A stretch of DNA of 26,477 nucleotides from Polyangiaceae bacterium (lineage in GTDB: Bacteria; Myxococcota_A; Polyangia; Polyangiales; Polyangiaceae): the NCBI GenBank assembly GCA_035063585.1, contig JAPSGB010000055.1, forward strand, positions 1 to 26,477, given 5' to 3'. This document shows, piece by piece, positions 7,686 to 17,928 of the stretch (position 1 is its first letter; every line of letters begins with the position of its first letter). The notes below the pieces were generated by a model. It worked only from the letters and a program-made list of their open reading frames with translations, was not told where the DNA came from and searched no databases. The position numbers and the translations under genes are program-made.

Positions 7686-9470
7686 CTATTGGCAAGCCGA
7701 GGGGAGGTTCACCTCGCCGAGCAAGGCAGCGAGCTCCGCGAGCGCCTCGGCGCGAGGGCGGCCCTCGGCGGCCCGCGCCGCGCAGACGGAGGCGCCTCGC
7801 AGGAGGAGGGAGTTCATGGGCGAGCCCGCGACGGTGGCTGCGTCTTGGAGCGCGCCGCAGCAAGTGACGTAGTCGAGCCGCACCGACGGCTTGCGTTCGG
7901 GCGCGAGCGTCGCTTCGCCAGCGGCGCGCGCGCGGACGGCCGCCTGCGAGCGCCAGCCGAGCTTCACTGCGCCCAGCTCTCCGGTGTTTCGCGCGCTCGG
8001 ACCCCGAAAGCGCGGGATGTCCGGCGCGGTTCGAGAGCCGGTGGCAAAGCAAGTGAGGAGCCCATCGTTCGACGCCACGAGGAGCTCGTAGCTGCCGTCG
8101 GCGTCGACGTCCGCGACGAGCGCCGAGGCCTCGATGGCGCCGTCGAGCTTGGTGAGGACCGCGTGCCCGCCGTCGGCGTGGAGCGCGATGAGCAGGCCCG
8201 CTTCGGTGCCGAGGATGGCCTCACGCTCTCCATCGTCGTCGAGATCAGTGACCACCGCGCTCGCCGAGACTCGCCCCTCGAAGCTCTTGAAGCGGCGCTG
8301 GTCCACGCCGACGCCGACGACCCCGTCTTCCTTGCCCCACCACGCGGTCGGCGTGATGAGCACGCCCGGCGCGCCGGCGAGCGGGGTCGGCGTCGCGAAG
8401 AGCCCCTCGATCCCGCCGCTGTCTTGCTCGACGCTCGAGTTCCAGCGCCGCGCGCCCGTGCGCGCGTCGGCGATGGTGAGGTTTCCATACGACCACGCCG
8501 CGAGCACCTCGGGCGCGCCGTCTTGATCGAAGTCCGCGAGGACCGGAGAGGCGTGGATCCCGGAGTCGTCGCGGAGTTGCCAGAGGACGTCGCCGTCGGT
8601 GCCGCGATAGGCCGTGAGCATGCCGTCTCGAGCGCCCGCGATGACGTCGGCGCGACCGTCGCCGTCGAGATCGGCGAGCGCCGCCGCGCCGATGAAGCCT
8701 CGCGCGCCATAGTCGTTCTCTCCGGTCGCGACGAGCCAGAGCTGCGCGCCGGACGCGCCCGAGAAGGCGCGGAGCGCGCCGGACTCGTCGCCTACCACCG
8801 CGTCGACCACGCCGTCGCCATCGAGATCCGCGAGCGCGGGCGCGGCGCGCACCTTGCCCTTGGCCTTCGCCTTCCAGAGGAGCTTGCCGCCGAGGGTGGC
8901 GGCGAGCACGAGCCCGCTGTCGGTCCCGAAGAACACGCGGTCGCCGTCGAGCGCCACGCCGCCGACGTCGAGATCGCCCCCGCCCGGCGCGCGGATGAGC
9001 CTTCGCTGCTTGCCGGTCTTCGCGTCGAGGACGTAAACGCCGTCGCTCGGCTCGTTCTTGCCCCCGAGCGAGGCGCCGTGCGTCCCGATGACGACGACGT
9101 CGCCTGCTAGCGCCATCGTGGTGCGGAAGGTCGTCTTGCCGACCCGCGCGGTCCAGCGCTTGGCGAGCCGCGGGTTCAGGTGAAGCTCCTGGACAGGCTC
9201 GGTTGTCTGTTGGCCGCTCCGCTCGGGAGTGACCGGCACCACGTCGAACTCGAGGGACGGCGCGGGGCCTGCGGCCCCGGACTCCGCCACCGCGGGCGCG
9301 TCGGTCGCGGGCTCGCTCCCCGGCAGCGTCACCACCGTATCGGTGGCCGCGCCGCGCGCGCCGCTCGGGGCAGGCGCGCGCGGCGGTCGCGCGGAGTCGC
9401 CGCAACCCGCGAGCGAGAGCGCGCCGAGCGCGATGCCAAGGGTTCGTAGGCAGCGATAGCCGGAGCTCAT
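7686..9470 (-). CDS. Lipoprotein with PQQ-like/FG-GAP beta-propeller repeats and a Cys-containing helical C-terminal domain
   Basis: Lipobox LAGC, Pro/Ala linker, repeated PALADLDGDGxxD(V/I) motifs and G-x-x-LW blade ends. Confidence 0.82.
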   Translation of the reverse strand: MSSGYRCLRTLGIALGALSLAGCGDSARPPRAPAPSGARGAATDTVVTLPGSEPATDAPAVAESGAAGPAPSLEFDVVPVTPERSGQQTTEPVQELHLNPRLAKRWTARVGKTTFRTTMALAGDVVVIGTHGASLGGKNEPSDGVYVLDAKTGKQRRLIRAPGGGDLDVGGVALDGDRVFFGTDSGLVLAATLGGKLLWKAKAKGKVRAAPALADLDGDGVVDAVVGDESGALRAFSGASGAQLWLVATGENDYGARGFIGAAALADLDGDGRADVIAGARDGMLTAYRGTDGDVLWQLRDDSGIHASPVLADFDQDGAPEVLAAWSYGNLTIADARTGARRWNSSVEQDSGGIEGLFATPTPLAGAPGVLITPTAWWGKEDGVVGVGVDQRRFKSFEGRVSASAVVTDLDDDGEREAILGTEAGLLIALHADGGHAVLTKLDGAIEASALVADVDADGSYELLVASNDGLLTCFATGSRTAPDIPRFRGPSARNTGELGAVKLGWRSQAAVRARAAGEATLAPERKPSVRLDYVTCCGALQDAATVAGSPMNSLLLRGASVCAARAAEGRPRAEALAELAALLGEVNLPSACQ

Positions 9471-9561
9471 GGTCGCGTCTCCCTCGTCGAGTCCCGATGG
9501 TGAACGCGCGCGCGGCCCCTGTCCATTCGCGGCGTCACTCGGGCAATCCTGGTGCGCCGCG

Positions 9562-11745
9562 CTAGAGCGCGTCGATGACGGCGCGGACCTTGCTTCGCGC
9601 GATCACGTAGGTCGCGGGGGTGCCGTCCACGCGGCCGTAAAACACGCTGAGATCGCGCCAGGAGTCCCCTGCGCCGATGCGCCAGACGCGCCGGCTCGGC
9701 GCGCCGCCGTTCACGCGACCGAGCGATATGGTCACCATGAGCTCGGGCCTGTCGAGCCCCTCGGCCGGAGTCGGGGCGCCGAGCCGGAGCGCTGCCTCGG
9801 CGCGGAGCGACGAGAGCGCCTGGACCAGCGCCTCGACCCGATCCGGTGTGAGCCGCCCCGCGTCGCCCTCGGGCACGAACACCTCGCCGCGCTTGTCGAG
9901 GACGACTCGAACCTTGCCGTGCTCGAGGGTGACACGGCTCGTCTCGGGTGGCAGGAGGAACACCCCGCGGTCCACCGCCAGCGTCTCGAGCTGCTCGACC
10001 GTGTTCTTCGGCAAGACGAACACTCCAGGGTCGTCGTCGAGTCGCGCGAACGCGCCGCCGCTGGTGGGCGCGCCGATGACGAGCCGATGCCGCTCCGACC
10101 CGGCGTCTCCGCTCTCGAAGCTCACCGTGAGCTCGAGCGCGGGGCGGGCGAGCCCGAAGCTGCCGTCGTCCGCGTCCGCCGCCCAGCGCTCCGCGGTGAG
10201 CGAACCGAGCGACGCTACCAGATCCGCGGCCAGCCCGGGGTCGATCGCGAACCCTCTCGGCGCCTCGAGGACCAGCTCGGCGTGGTCGTTCCGGCTGACG
10301 ATTTCCTTCGCGCCGCCCACCGTGACCTCGACCCGCCGGAAGTCCTCGCGGGAGAACTCGAGGAGTCGCCGGCGGCGGACCAGCGAGGCGTCGGGCGCGA
10401 GGGCGCGCGCCGTCGCACGGTCGAGCTCGAGCAGCGCGCCGTCGCTCTCGCGGCGGACCAGGACGCTGCCATCCTTGCCCGGCGTTCCGACCGTGAGCGA
10501 CTCCGTGAGCACCGCGTCGTCGCTCGCGCCGACGCTCTTCAGCGTGACGCTCCCGGCCGGGGTGAGCTCACGCCCGGTGACGAGCGCGCCGCGGGCGGCG
10601 AGGAGCGCGGCGATGCGCTGATTGCCCGCGTCGAGCTCCACCGGCGCGCGTTGCGGTTTTCGCATCAGAAACCCGCTGCCCGTGCGATCGAGCGCGAGCT
10701 CGCGCTCACCTCGTTTCACGTCGAGGCTCTCGATCTCGTCGGCGCGCAGCGCGAAGAGCGCGCGGTCGACCAGCTCTTCGGCCGTGGTCGAGAGCCCGGG
10801 CATCACGTTGCCGGGCACGCAGGCGGCGAGCTCCGAGGGCTCGATGCGGAGCGCGACCACGTCGGCGGGGCTGCCGGGGCACGCGCCACCGACGACCACC
10901 ACGCCCTTCGGCTGCTTCGGGTCGGCCGGCGTCATGGTGATGCGCACGGTCGCGGCGCCGCTCTGCGCCGCGCGCGCCTGCGCGGTGGTGATGAAGTGAT
11001 CGGCCTTGGTTCGCGCGAACTGGAGCAGCACGCGGTCGAAGGGCTCGCGCGCCAGGCGGAGCTCGCCGCTCATGCCGTCGAAGCGCCAGATGATGCCCTG
11101 CACCTTGGCGAACGTCCGCACGCCGCCCTCGCCCTCGAGCCGGAGCTTCGAGAGCGACGACGACAAGTACGGCATCACCTGCCGGCCACGGAGCTGACCC
11201 GCGCCGAGGCTGAGCTCGCTCACCAACGACGAGCTCACGATGCAGACGCCGGGTTCCGGCACCCCCTCGCCGCTCACCTCGAGGTAGGCCGAGCCCTCGG
11301 GGGAGGCGGCCGGCTTACCGAGGGCGAGCACGTAGTGGATGCTGCCCATCGTGAGCCTGACGAGCATCCGCGGCGAGTCGAGGCCGAAGGCGTGCCGGTC
11401 GACCTCGCTCGGCTGGATCCTCCGCACCACGGAGGCGTACTCGAGCGCTCCCATGAGTTTGTTCACCGCGAAGGCCTCGGCATCTTCCCGGGTCGGCGCG
11501 GTGAGCTGCCACGAGGTGTCTCCGGCGTCGTCGGGCGGCGTCCGCTCGAGCACGAGCCGGGGCTCGCTCGAGCCGGGATGCTCGATCTCGATGCGGGTGA
11601 GATCGTCCTCGCGATACGCGACGAGGACGCTGTCCTGGCGCGCCGCCTTCTCGCTCGTGGTGACCTTGCCGCTGGTCACGATGAACACGAGCACGGACGC
11701 TACCGCGACCACCACGAGCCCCACGTTCACGAGGTTGCGCTTCAC
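9562..11745 (-). CDS. DUF4340-like protein (N-terminal membrane anchor, about three tandem domains)
   Basis: GTG 11745 overlaps the gldG-like stop (GTGA). Three repeats FGLDSP / FGLARP / EGLDRP followed by L-x-[LI]-G. This position after a GldG-like gene is typical. 727 aa. Confidence 0.75.
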   Translation of the reverse strand: MKRNLVNVGLVVVAVASVLVFIVTSGKVTTSEKAARQDSVLVAYREDDLTRIEIEHPGSSEPRLVLERTPPDDAGDTSWQLTAPTREDAEAFAVNKLMGALEYASVVRRIQPSEVDRHAFGLDSPRMLVRLTMGSIHYVLALGKPAASPEGSAYLEVSGEGVPEPGVCIVSSSLVSELSLGAGQLRGRQVMPYLSSSLSKLRLEGEGGVRTFAKVQGIIWRFDGMSGELRLAREPFDRVLLQFARTKADHFITTAQARAAQSGAATVRITMTPADPKQPKGVVVVGGACPGSPADVVALRIEPSELAACVPGNVMPGLSTTAEELVDRALFALRADEIESLDVKRGERELALDRTGSGFLMRKPQRAPVELDAGNQRIAALLAARGALVTGRELTPAGSVTLKSVGASDDAVLTESLTVGTPGKDGSVLVRRESDGALLELDRATARALAPDASLVRRRRLLEFSREDFRRVEVTVGGAKEIVSRNDHAELVLEAPRGFAIDPGLAADLVASLGSLTAERWAADADDGSFGLARPALELTVSFESGDAGSERHRLVIGAPTSGGAFARLDDDPGVFVLPKNTVEQLETLAVDRGVFLLPPETSRVTLEHGKVRVVLDKRGEVFVPEGDAGRLTPDRVEALVQALSSLRAEAALRLGAPTPAEGLDRPELMVTISLGRVNGGAPSRRVWRIGAGDSWRDLSVFYGRVDGTPATYVIARSKVRAVIDAL

Positions 11746-13310
11746 GCCTTGTCCTCGCGCGATTTCTTCTCGGCGCGGCGCCGCCGCAGCATCACGAACC
11801 CGCCGAGCGCGAGCGCCGTGAGCGGCATGTAGACGAGCACGTACCAGCGCACGTCGGAGAGCGACTCCTCGGAGAGGCTGAGCCCCGCGTCGTGCGAGGC
11901 CTTCTCCGGCACGCTCACCAGCGTCGGGCGCGCCGAGAGCCAGGAGAGCGCGCTCTCCATGAAGAGCGCGTCGCCGAGCAGAGTGCTGTCGCGCCAGTTT
12001 CGACCCCACGCCACGTTGGCCGAGCCGACCACGACGAGCCGGGGGCCGTGGCTGGCTCGGGACGCCTCGGGTTTCGGGAGCTCGGCCGCCATCGCCACCG
12101 TGAACGGCCCCCGCGGATCGCTCGCGGTGGGCTCGACTGCCTTGCCCTCCTCGGTGAAGGGGCGAATGTCCTTCACGCTGAAGGCCTGGTCGCTCGTGAC
12201 GAGGAGCGGTGCGGGGGTGCCGGTCGCGCTCGTCCGCAGGCTCTGCGCCGCGCTCATGAGCACACCGTAGGCGGCGGCGCCGTCCTCCTTCACCAGGCCG
12301 CGGGTGATGTCGTGACGGCGCAAAATCGCGAAGAACGTCTCGCCGAGCCCGCTCGGCAACCGCGCGCTCGGATCCCGCTCCACCACGAAATCGTCACCCA
12401 TCTCGATGCCGCCGAGCCGGGTCACGGGCTCGAGCCCGGTCGGGCGGATCCGGTTGTCGTCGTCGAGGATGGGGTTGGCCAAAATGAGCGCGCTCGTGCC
12501 GTTTCTCACGACCTCCGCGAGCTCGCCGGCGCTCTTGCCGTCGAAGGCGCTCTCCGGTCCGGCGATCACGACCGCGCGGCAACCCGCGTAGCGCGGCCCG
12601 GTGGTTGGCTTCACGGTGTCGACCGGCGCGATCTCGTAGTTGTTCTTCTCGAGCCGCGTGCGGAGCTCGGCGAGCCCGGAGGGGCCCGCGTCATCGAGGC
12701 TCATCTCCTGGTGGCCGGTCGTGAAGCAGAGCTTGGCGCGCTCGCTGGTGAGCACGTTGGCGATCCCCTCGGTGAGCGCTTGCTCGAGCTTTGGGCGGAC
12801 CCTCTGGTCCTTCTCGTCATAGGCCACGAGATCGTCCGAGGTGATGAACCAGCGCTTGTCGCCCCGGGTCACCACGATGCTCGCGTCGGAGACCACGCGC
12901 CCGTCCTCCGTCTTGCCGGCGTGGAGCCCGAATTTCTGCTCCAGCGCCAGGAACTCCGCGGGGTCGCGATCCGGATCGACATACCTCACGCGGAGCTTGG
13001 TGGTCTCGGCCCCGTAGGCCGCGAGCATCTGGCGCACGCTATTTTGCAGGTTGTCGCTCCTGCTGAGGAGCACGATGACGTCGACGGGCTCGTCGAGCGC
13101 GCGCAGCCGCTCGACGGTGGCCCCGGAGAGCGTGTAGAGGCGATCGGTGGTGACGTCCCAGCGCGTGTAAAACCGCGCGACCAGCGCGTTCAGCATCACC
13201 GTCGCGACGCCCGCAGCCACTACGCCGACCGCTGTGAACGCCTTGTGGCCCGCGCGCGCGCCCGGCTTCGCGTCGCTCCGGTTGGCGCCCCCGTGCTCCC
13301 CGGCGCTCAT
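11742..13310 (-). CDS. gldG: GldG-like ABC transporter auxiliary component (GIFT domain)
   Basis: ATG 13310 overlaps the permease stop. RWDVTTDRLYTLSGAT, YVDPDRDP, FTTGHQE, VIAGP, RLVVVGS and a C-terminal TM followed by RRRR. 522 aa. The symbol is family-level only. Confidence 0.85.
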   Translation of the reverse strand: MSAGEHGGANRSDAKPGARAGHKAFTAVGVVAAGVATVMLNALVARFYTRWDVTTDRLYTLSGATVERLRALDEPVDVIVLLSRSDNLQNSVRQMLAAYGAETTKLRVRYVDPDRDPAEFLALEQKFGLHAGKTEDGRVVSDASIVVTRGDKRWFITSDDLVAYDEKDQRVRPKLEQALTEGIANVLTSERAKLCFTTGHQEMSLDDAGPSGLAELRTRLEKNNYEIAPVDTVKPTTGPRYAGCRAVVIAGPESAFDGKSAGELAEVVRNGTSALILANPILDDDNRIRPTGLEPVTRLGGIEMGDDFVVERDPSARLPSGLGETFFAILRRHDITRGLVKEDGAAAYGVLMSAAQSLRTSATGTPAPLLVTSDQAFSVKDIRPFTEEGKAVEPTASDPRGPFTVAMAAELPKPEASRASHGPRLVVVGSANVAWGRNWRDSTLLGDALFMESALSWLSARPTLVSVPEKASHDAGLSLSEESLSDVRWYVLVYMPLTALALGGFVMLRRRRAEKKSREDKA

Positions 13311-14053
13311 CCCCACCTCCACGAGTCGACCACGCGGGCCGCGACGAAGAGCGGAAGCGCTACCAGGGAGAGGTCGAAGACGAGCCGCCTGAGGTCGACG
13401 ATCCCCTTCGACATCTCGCCGAACTGCGACATGACCGAGACGTGCGCCGAGAGATCGCGGAGGACCCCCGGCTCGAAGATGTACTCGCCGAGGCCCAGGA
13501 TCACGAGCCCGAACAGCACCGCGGCGGTGAGCAGGAGCGCGAGCAGCTGGCTCCGCGTCATGGCGCTCATCAACGTGCCGATGGCGAGGTACCCAGCGCC
13601 TACCCCGAAGAGCCCAAGGTAGCTCGAACCGACCACGTGCCAGTCGACGGTGCCGGTCTTTCGGAGGATGAACACGTAGAGCACGGTCGGTGCCCACATC
13701 GCCGCGTAGGTGGTGAGCGTGGCCAGATATTTCCCGAGCACGACCGCCGCGCTCGTCACGGGCGCGGTGAGCAGCGACTCGATGGTGCCGCTCCGGCGCT
13801 CTTCGGCGAGCAGGCGCATGGTGAGCGCCGGGCACACGATGAGCAGCGAGACCAGGATGAAGAAGGACTGGCCGAAGTATCCCTGCACCGGCCCGCTGTC
13901 GACGCCGAGCTGGCTGAAGGCGGCGTAGGAATGGACGATGGAATAGAAGCTCGCGCCCTGCAGGAGCAGGAACACGACCAAGAGCACCCATGCGAGCGGG
14001 GTGACCCACAGGCTCAGCATCTCGCGTCGGTAGACGGCCAGGAGCCCGCTCAC
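13307..14053 (-). CDS. gldF: ABC-2 type permease (GldF-like)
   Basis: RREMLSLWVTPLAW, PALTMRLLAEERRSGTIESLLTAPV and VLGKYLA, with six TM segments. The symbol is family-level only. Confidence 0.9.
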   Translation of the reverse strand: MSGLLAVYRREMLSLWVTPLAWVLLVVFLLLQGASFYSIVHSYAAFSQLGVDSGPVQGYFGQSFFILVSLLIVCPALTMRLLAEERRSGTIESLLTAPVTSAAVVLGKYLATLTTYAAMWAPTVLYVFILRKTGTVDWHVVGSSYLGLFGVGAGYLAIGTLMSAMTRSQLLALLLTAAVLFGLVILGLGEYIFEPGVLRDLSAHVSVMSQFGEMSKGIVDLRRLVFDLSLVALPLFVAARVVDSWRWG

Positions 14054-15009
14054 GAGTCGTCCTCCACCGCTTCTTCTCCGCCGGTGAGCGCGGCGAACAC
14101 GTCTTCCAGGCTGGTCTTCGACGGCGAGAGCTCACGCACCCCGACGCCGGCCGCGACGAGCCGGCCCACCAGCGCCTCGAGGATCGTGCCCGGCTCCGCG
14201 CTCGCCTCGAAGCCGACCTCGAGCCTGAGCAGCGCGCCCTCGGCACGGCGCTGCTTCACGCGCCGGACGCCGGGCGTCTCGCTCACGATGCGCCTCGCCT
14301 GATCGCCGTCGTCGCGCACCACGAGGGCCGCGCCGCGCCCGCTCCGCTTGGCGCGGAGCTCGTCGATGGTGCCCTCCGCCACCAGCTTCCCGCGGCTGAT
14401 CACGATGGCTCGATCGCAGGTGGACTCGACCTCGCTCAAGATGTGGGTCGAGAGCAGGATCGTGTGGGTCTCGCCGAGCTCGCGGATGAGCTTTCGCACC
14501 TCGCGGATCTGGTTCGGGTCGAGGCCGGCGGTCGGCTCGTCGAGGATGAGCAGCGGCGGGTTCGACACGAGCGCGTCGGCGAGCCCGACCCGCTGTCGAT
14601 AACCCTTCGAGAGGTGACCGATGAGCGTGCTCGCCATCTCGGTGACCACGGCCTGCGCCATCGCGCGCTCGACGCTCTTCTTGCGGACCGCGCGAGGCAC
14701 CTTCTTGAGCGCGGCCCGATACGAGAGATACTCGCTCACGCGGAGCTCAGGGTAGAGCGGCGCGGCCTCCGGCATGTAGCCGATCGCGCGCCGCGCCTCG
14801 AGAGAGGCCTCGACGATGTCGTGACCGTCGATCCGCACGGTTCCGCTGGTCGCGCCGAGGAACCCGGCGAGGATCCGGAGCGTAGTGCTCTTGCCCGCGC
14901 CGTTCGGCCCGAGAACCCCCACGATCTCTCCCTTGCCGACCTCGAACGAGACGCCGCGCACGGCCACCACGGTGCCGTAGTCCTTGATCAGATCTCGCGC
15001 CTCGATCAT
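14050..15009 (-). CDS. gldA: ABC transporter ATP-binding protein (GldA-like)
   Basis: Walker A GPNGAGKST, signature LSKGYRQRVGLA, Walker B LILDEPTAGLDPNQI, H-loop STH. The symbol is family-level only. Confidence 0.93.
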   Translation of the reverse strand: MIEARDLIKDYGTVVAVRGVSFEVGKGEIVGVLGPNGAGKSTTLRILAGFLGATSGTVRIDGHDIVEASLEARRAIGYMPEAAPLYPELRVSEYLSYRAALKKVPRAVRKKSVERAMAQAVVTEMASTLIGHLSKGYRQRVGLADALVSNPPLLILDEPTAGLDPNQIREVRKLIRELGETHTILLSTHILSEVESTCDRAIVISRGKLVAEGTIDELRAKRSGRGAALVVRDDGDQARRIVSETPGVRRVKQRRAEGALLRLEVGFEASAEPGTILEALVGRLVAAGVGVRELSPSKTSLEDVFAALTGGEEAVEDDS

Positions 15010-15100
15010 CGACCGCGCCCGGATGTAGCACGGCCCGGGCGTCCCCGTATAACCGTATGACCGCCTGCCGAGACGGCGTATTCCGGAGCCGGGAGGAGGG

Positions 15101-15120
15101 AGGGGTGTCGGTCCGGCGCG
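15101..15120 (+). repeat. Dispersed intergenic REP-like element, copy 2
   Basis: AGGGGTGTCGGTCCGGCGCG, exact core at 15109-15120. Confidence 0.7.
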
Positions 15121-15248
15121 AGGGCCGCGCGGGGGTGCCCGCGCGTCGGCGGCGCGCCGCGACCGGCGGCGTGGGCCGGCTCACGAGGCGCTCGGCGCTG
15201 CGCGGAGCCCGGGCCCAGGGCCGGCGGGAGAAAAGGTATAGTAAGAAC

Positions 15249-15276
15249 TTGACGATTGATGAGATCGAGTTACGGT
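15249..15276 (+). promoter_or_regulatory. Putative promoter of arsR (leaderless-like)
   Basis: TTGACG (15249-15254)-N16-TACGGT (15271-15276)-N7-ATG, no Shine-Dalgarno, in an AT-rich patch. Confidence 0.5.
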
Positions 15277-15283
15277 GATTTCG

Positions 15284-15601
15284 ATGCTCGAGCAAACAGC
15301 CCGGTTGAACCAGCTCTTTCATGCGCTCTCGGACGCCACGCGGCGCGAGCTCATCGAGCGGCTCGGCCGCGGGCCGGCCTCGGTGAGCGCGCTCGCCGAG
15401 CCGCTCGACATGACGCTCGCGGCCGTGTTGCAGCACCTCGCGGTGCTCGAGGCGAGCGGGATCGTCCGCTCCGAGAAGGCGGGCCGCGTGCGAACCTGCA
15501 CGCTGCAGCCGGAGCGGCTCGCGGTCGCCGAGGGCTGGATCGCCAAGCGCCGCGCGCGCGGCGAGCGGCGAGCGTCGACGCGCCGAGGCCGGCGCGGGTA
15601 G
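15284..15601 (+). CDS. ArsR/SmtB family transcriptional regulator
   Basis: LFHALSDATRRELIERL...SVSALAEPLDMTLAAVLQHLAVLEASGIVRSEKAGRVRTC is an ArsR winged HTH. The C-terminus is atypical. Confidence 0.88.
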   Translation: MLEQTARLNQLFHALSDATRRELIERLGRGPASVSALAEPLDMTLAAVLQHLAVLEASGIVRSEKAGRVRTCTLQPERLAVAEGWIAKRRARGERRASTRRGRRG

Positions 15602-15616
15602 CGCGCTCGCGCCGCC

Positions 15617-16798
15617 TCAGCGCCGGCAGCTGGAGTCGTCGCCGAGCGTGCAGGCGCGCTTGTGGTAGCGCGCGGCGCGAGCGGCGTTGCCCTCGTTCTC
15701 GGCGGATATCGCGACGGCCTTGCAGGCGGTCGCCACGCCGCGTTCGCAGGCGCGTTCGAGGTAGGCGAGCCCGCGACCCATGTCTGAGCGCGGCCCCCGG
15801 GTGATGAGCGCGATGCCGATCATGGTGCACGAGGACATGTCGTCGAGCTCGCAGGCGCGGAGGAACGCGCGGTTCGAGAGCCCGAGGTCGCGCGGGACGC
15901 CGTCCCCCAAGGCGAGCACGATGCCCCAGTTCCGGCAAGAGAGCGCGCCGCCGGCGTCGCAATCCGAGCGGCATGTCTCCGGCTCTCGACAGACTTTGCC
16001 GCGAAACCCCTGGGCGTCCGCTTCGCTCAGGATGGCGACCGCCGGCAGCGGCTCCTCGATCGGGAGCAGTTCGACGCGGAGCACCGCGTCGCACTGCTTG
16101 GGCGGCACCGTCGCGTCGCTCTCCGAGCCTCGACAGGCCGCGAGGCTGCCGTCCTTCGTCTCGATCCGTCTGGACTCCGCGCTCACCAGCTGGGCCCCGG
16201 CGCCGAAGATCTCGGCCGCGCTGCGCGCCGACGCGCGCGCGCCGGTGGTCATGGCGAAGGCGCCGAGGGTGGCCGACGCGATGACGTGGGTGGCGCCCTG
16301 GCACGAGCCGCGCAAATCGTCGATGGTGGCGTGCGTCAAGCTCGCGCTCTGCTTTCCGATCATGATGAGCGCCAGAGCCAGGCTCCCACCGCGGGAAAAT
16401 TCTCCGGAGAGCTCTCCGGCGAGTCGCGCGCCGGTGAGCGGGAGCGTCGCGCGCACCGCGTCGCCGCTCGCCATCTCGACCACCTGCTCCTTCGGGGAGG
16501 TGCCCGCGAAGGCGTAGGGCGCGTCGAGCTCACAACCGGGGAGGATGACGAGCCGCTGGCAGTCCCAGCTCACCACCGCCACCCCGCGACGCATCGCGAT
16601 CTCGAGATCCCCGCGCGCCTCCGGTTGCAGGTCCACGACCAGGAGCTCGGAGGCCCGAGTCTCGCTCGGCGCGCAGAGCGCGCGCCCGGAGGTTGCGGTC
16701 GCGGTCGGCAGCGCGCCGGTGCGCGCGGCGGCGCACCCGAGCGCGAGCGAGAGCACCGAGGAGCACAGGAGCGCGAACTTCAGGAAGGCGGAGGCCAT
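15617..16798 (-). CDS. Lipoprotein with C-terminal Cys-bridged Sel1-like repeats
   Basis: Lipobox LALGC. Repeats FLRACELDDMSSC, LERACERGVATAC and HKRACTLGDDSSC. N-terminal domain of unknown function. Confidence 0.78.
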   Translation of the reverse strand: MASAFLKFALLCSSVLSLALGCAAARTGALPTATATSGRALCAPSETRASELLVVDLQPEARGDLEIAMRRGVAVVSWDCQRLVILPGCELDAPYAFAGTSPKEQVVEMASGDAVRATLPLTGARLAGELSGEFSRGGSLALALIMIGKQSASLTHATIDDLRGSCQGATHVIASATLGAFAMTTGARASARSAAEIFGAGAQLVSAESRRIETKDGSLAACRGSESDATVPPKQCDAVLRVELLPIEEPLPAVAILSEADAQGFRGKVCREPETCRSDCDAGGALSCRNWGIVLALGDGVPRDLGLSNRAFLRACELDDMSSCTMIGIALITRGPRSDMGRGLAYLERACERGVATACKAVAISAENEGNAARAARYHKRACTLGDDSSCRR

Positions 16799-16943
16799 GG
16801 GCGGGGGGACGCAAGGATGACGCTGCCCGGGCGGCCTCGGTCGAAACTCTCGTTCGTCCGAGCGCCCGTGACCGTATTACGCGCGAGCGCGAACGTCGAT
16901 CCCCCGGCGCGGCGACCGCGCTCCTCCGGACTCCGCGCGCCGC

Positions 16944-17783
<840 letters not shown>

Positions 17784-17928
17784 GGCAGAACCGTAGATGG
17801 TCTTACGCCGCGCCGCGAGCCCAGAGGACGCGCCGAGCCCGTGGCCGAGCGGGGCGCCGGTGGTCCTTTACGGCTCGCGCCGGGCCCCCCGGCTCCCCGC
17901 CGCTGATTTCGTGGCAGAGTCCGCTGCC

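Noticed and set aside
11742..14246. 834-aa, 815-aa (9562..12009) and 428-aa (2039..3325) ORFs as fusion proteins
   Set aside because: The N-terminal extensions are off-frame reads of upstream genes. The real starts are at 4-bp stop/start overlaps (13310, 11745, 2561).
15010..15240. Long GC-rich divergent intergenic region as a riboswitch or ncRNA, or the 73-aa ORF 15057..15278
   Set aside because: I recognised no RNA family motif, stems are expected by chance at this GC, and the ORF has shadow-like composition. An Rfam/Infernal scan would be decisive.
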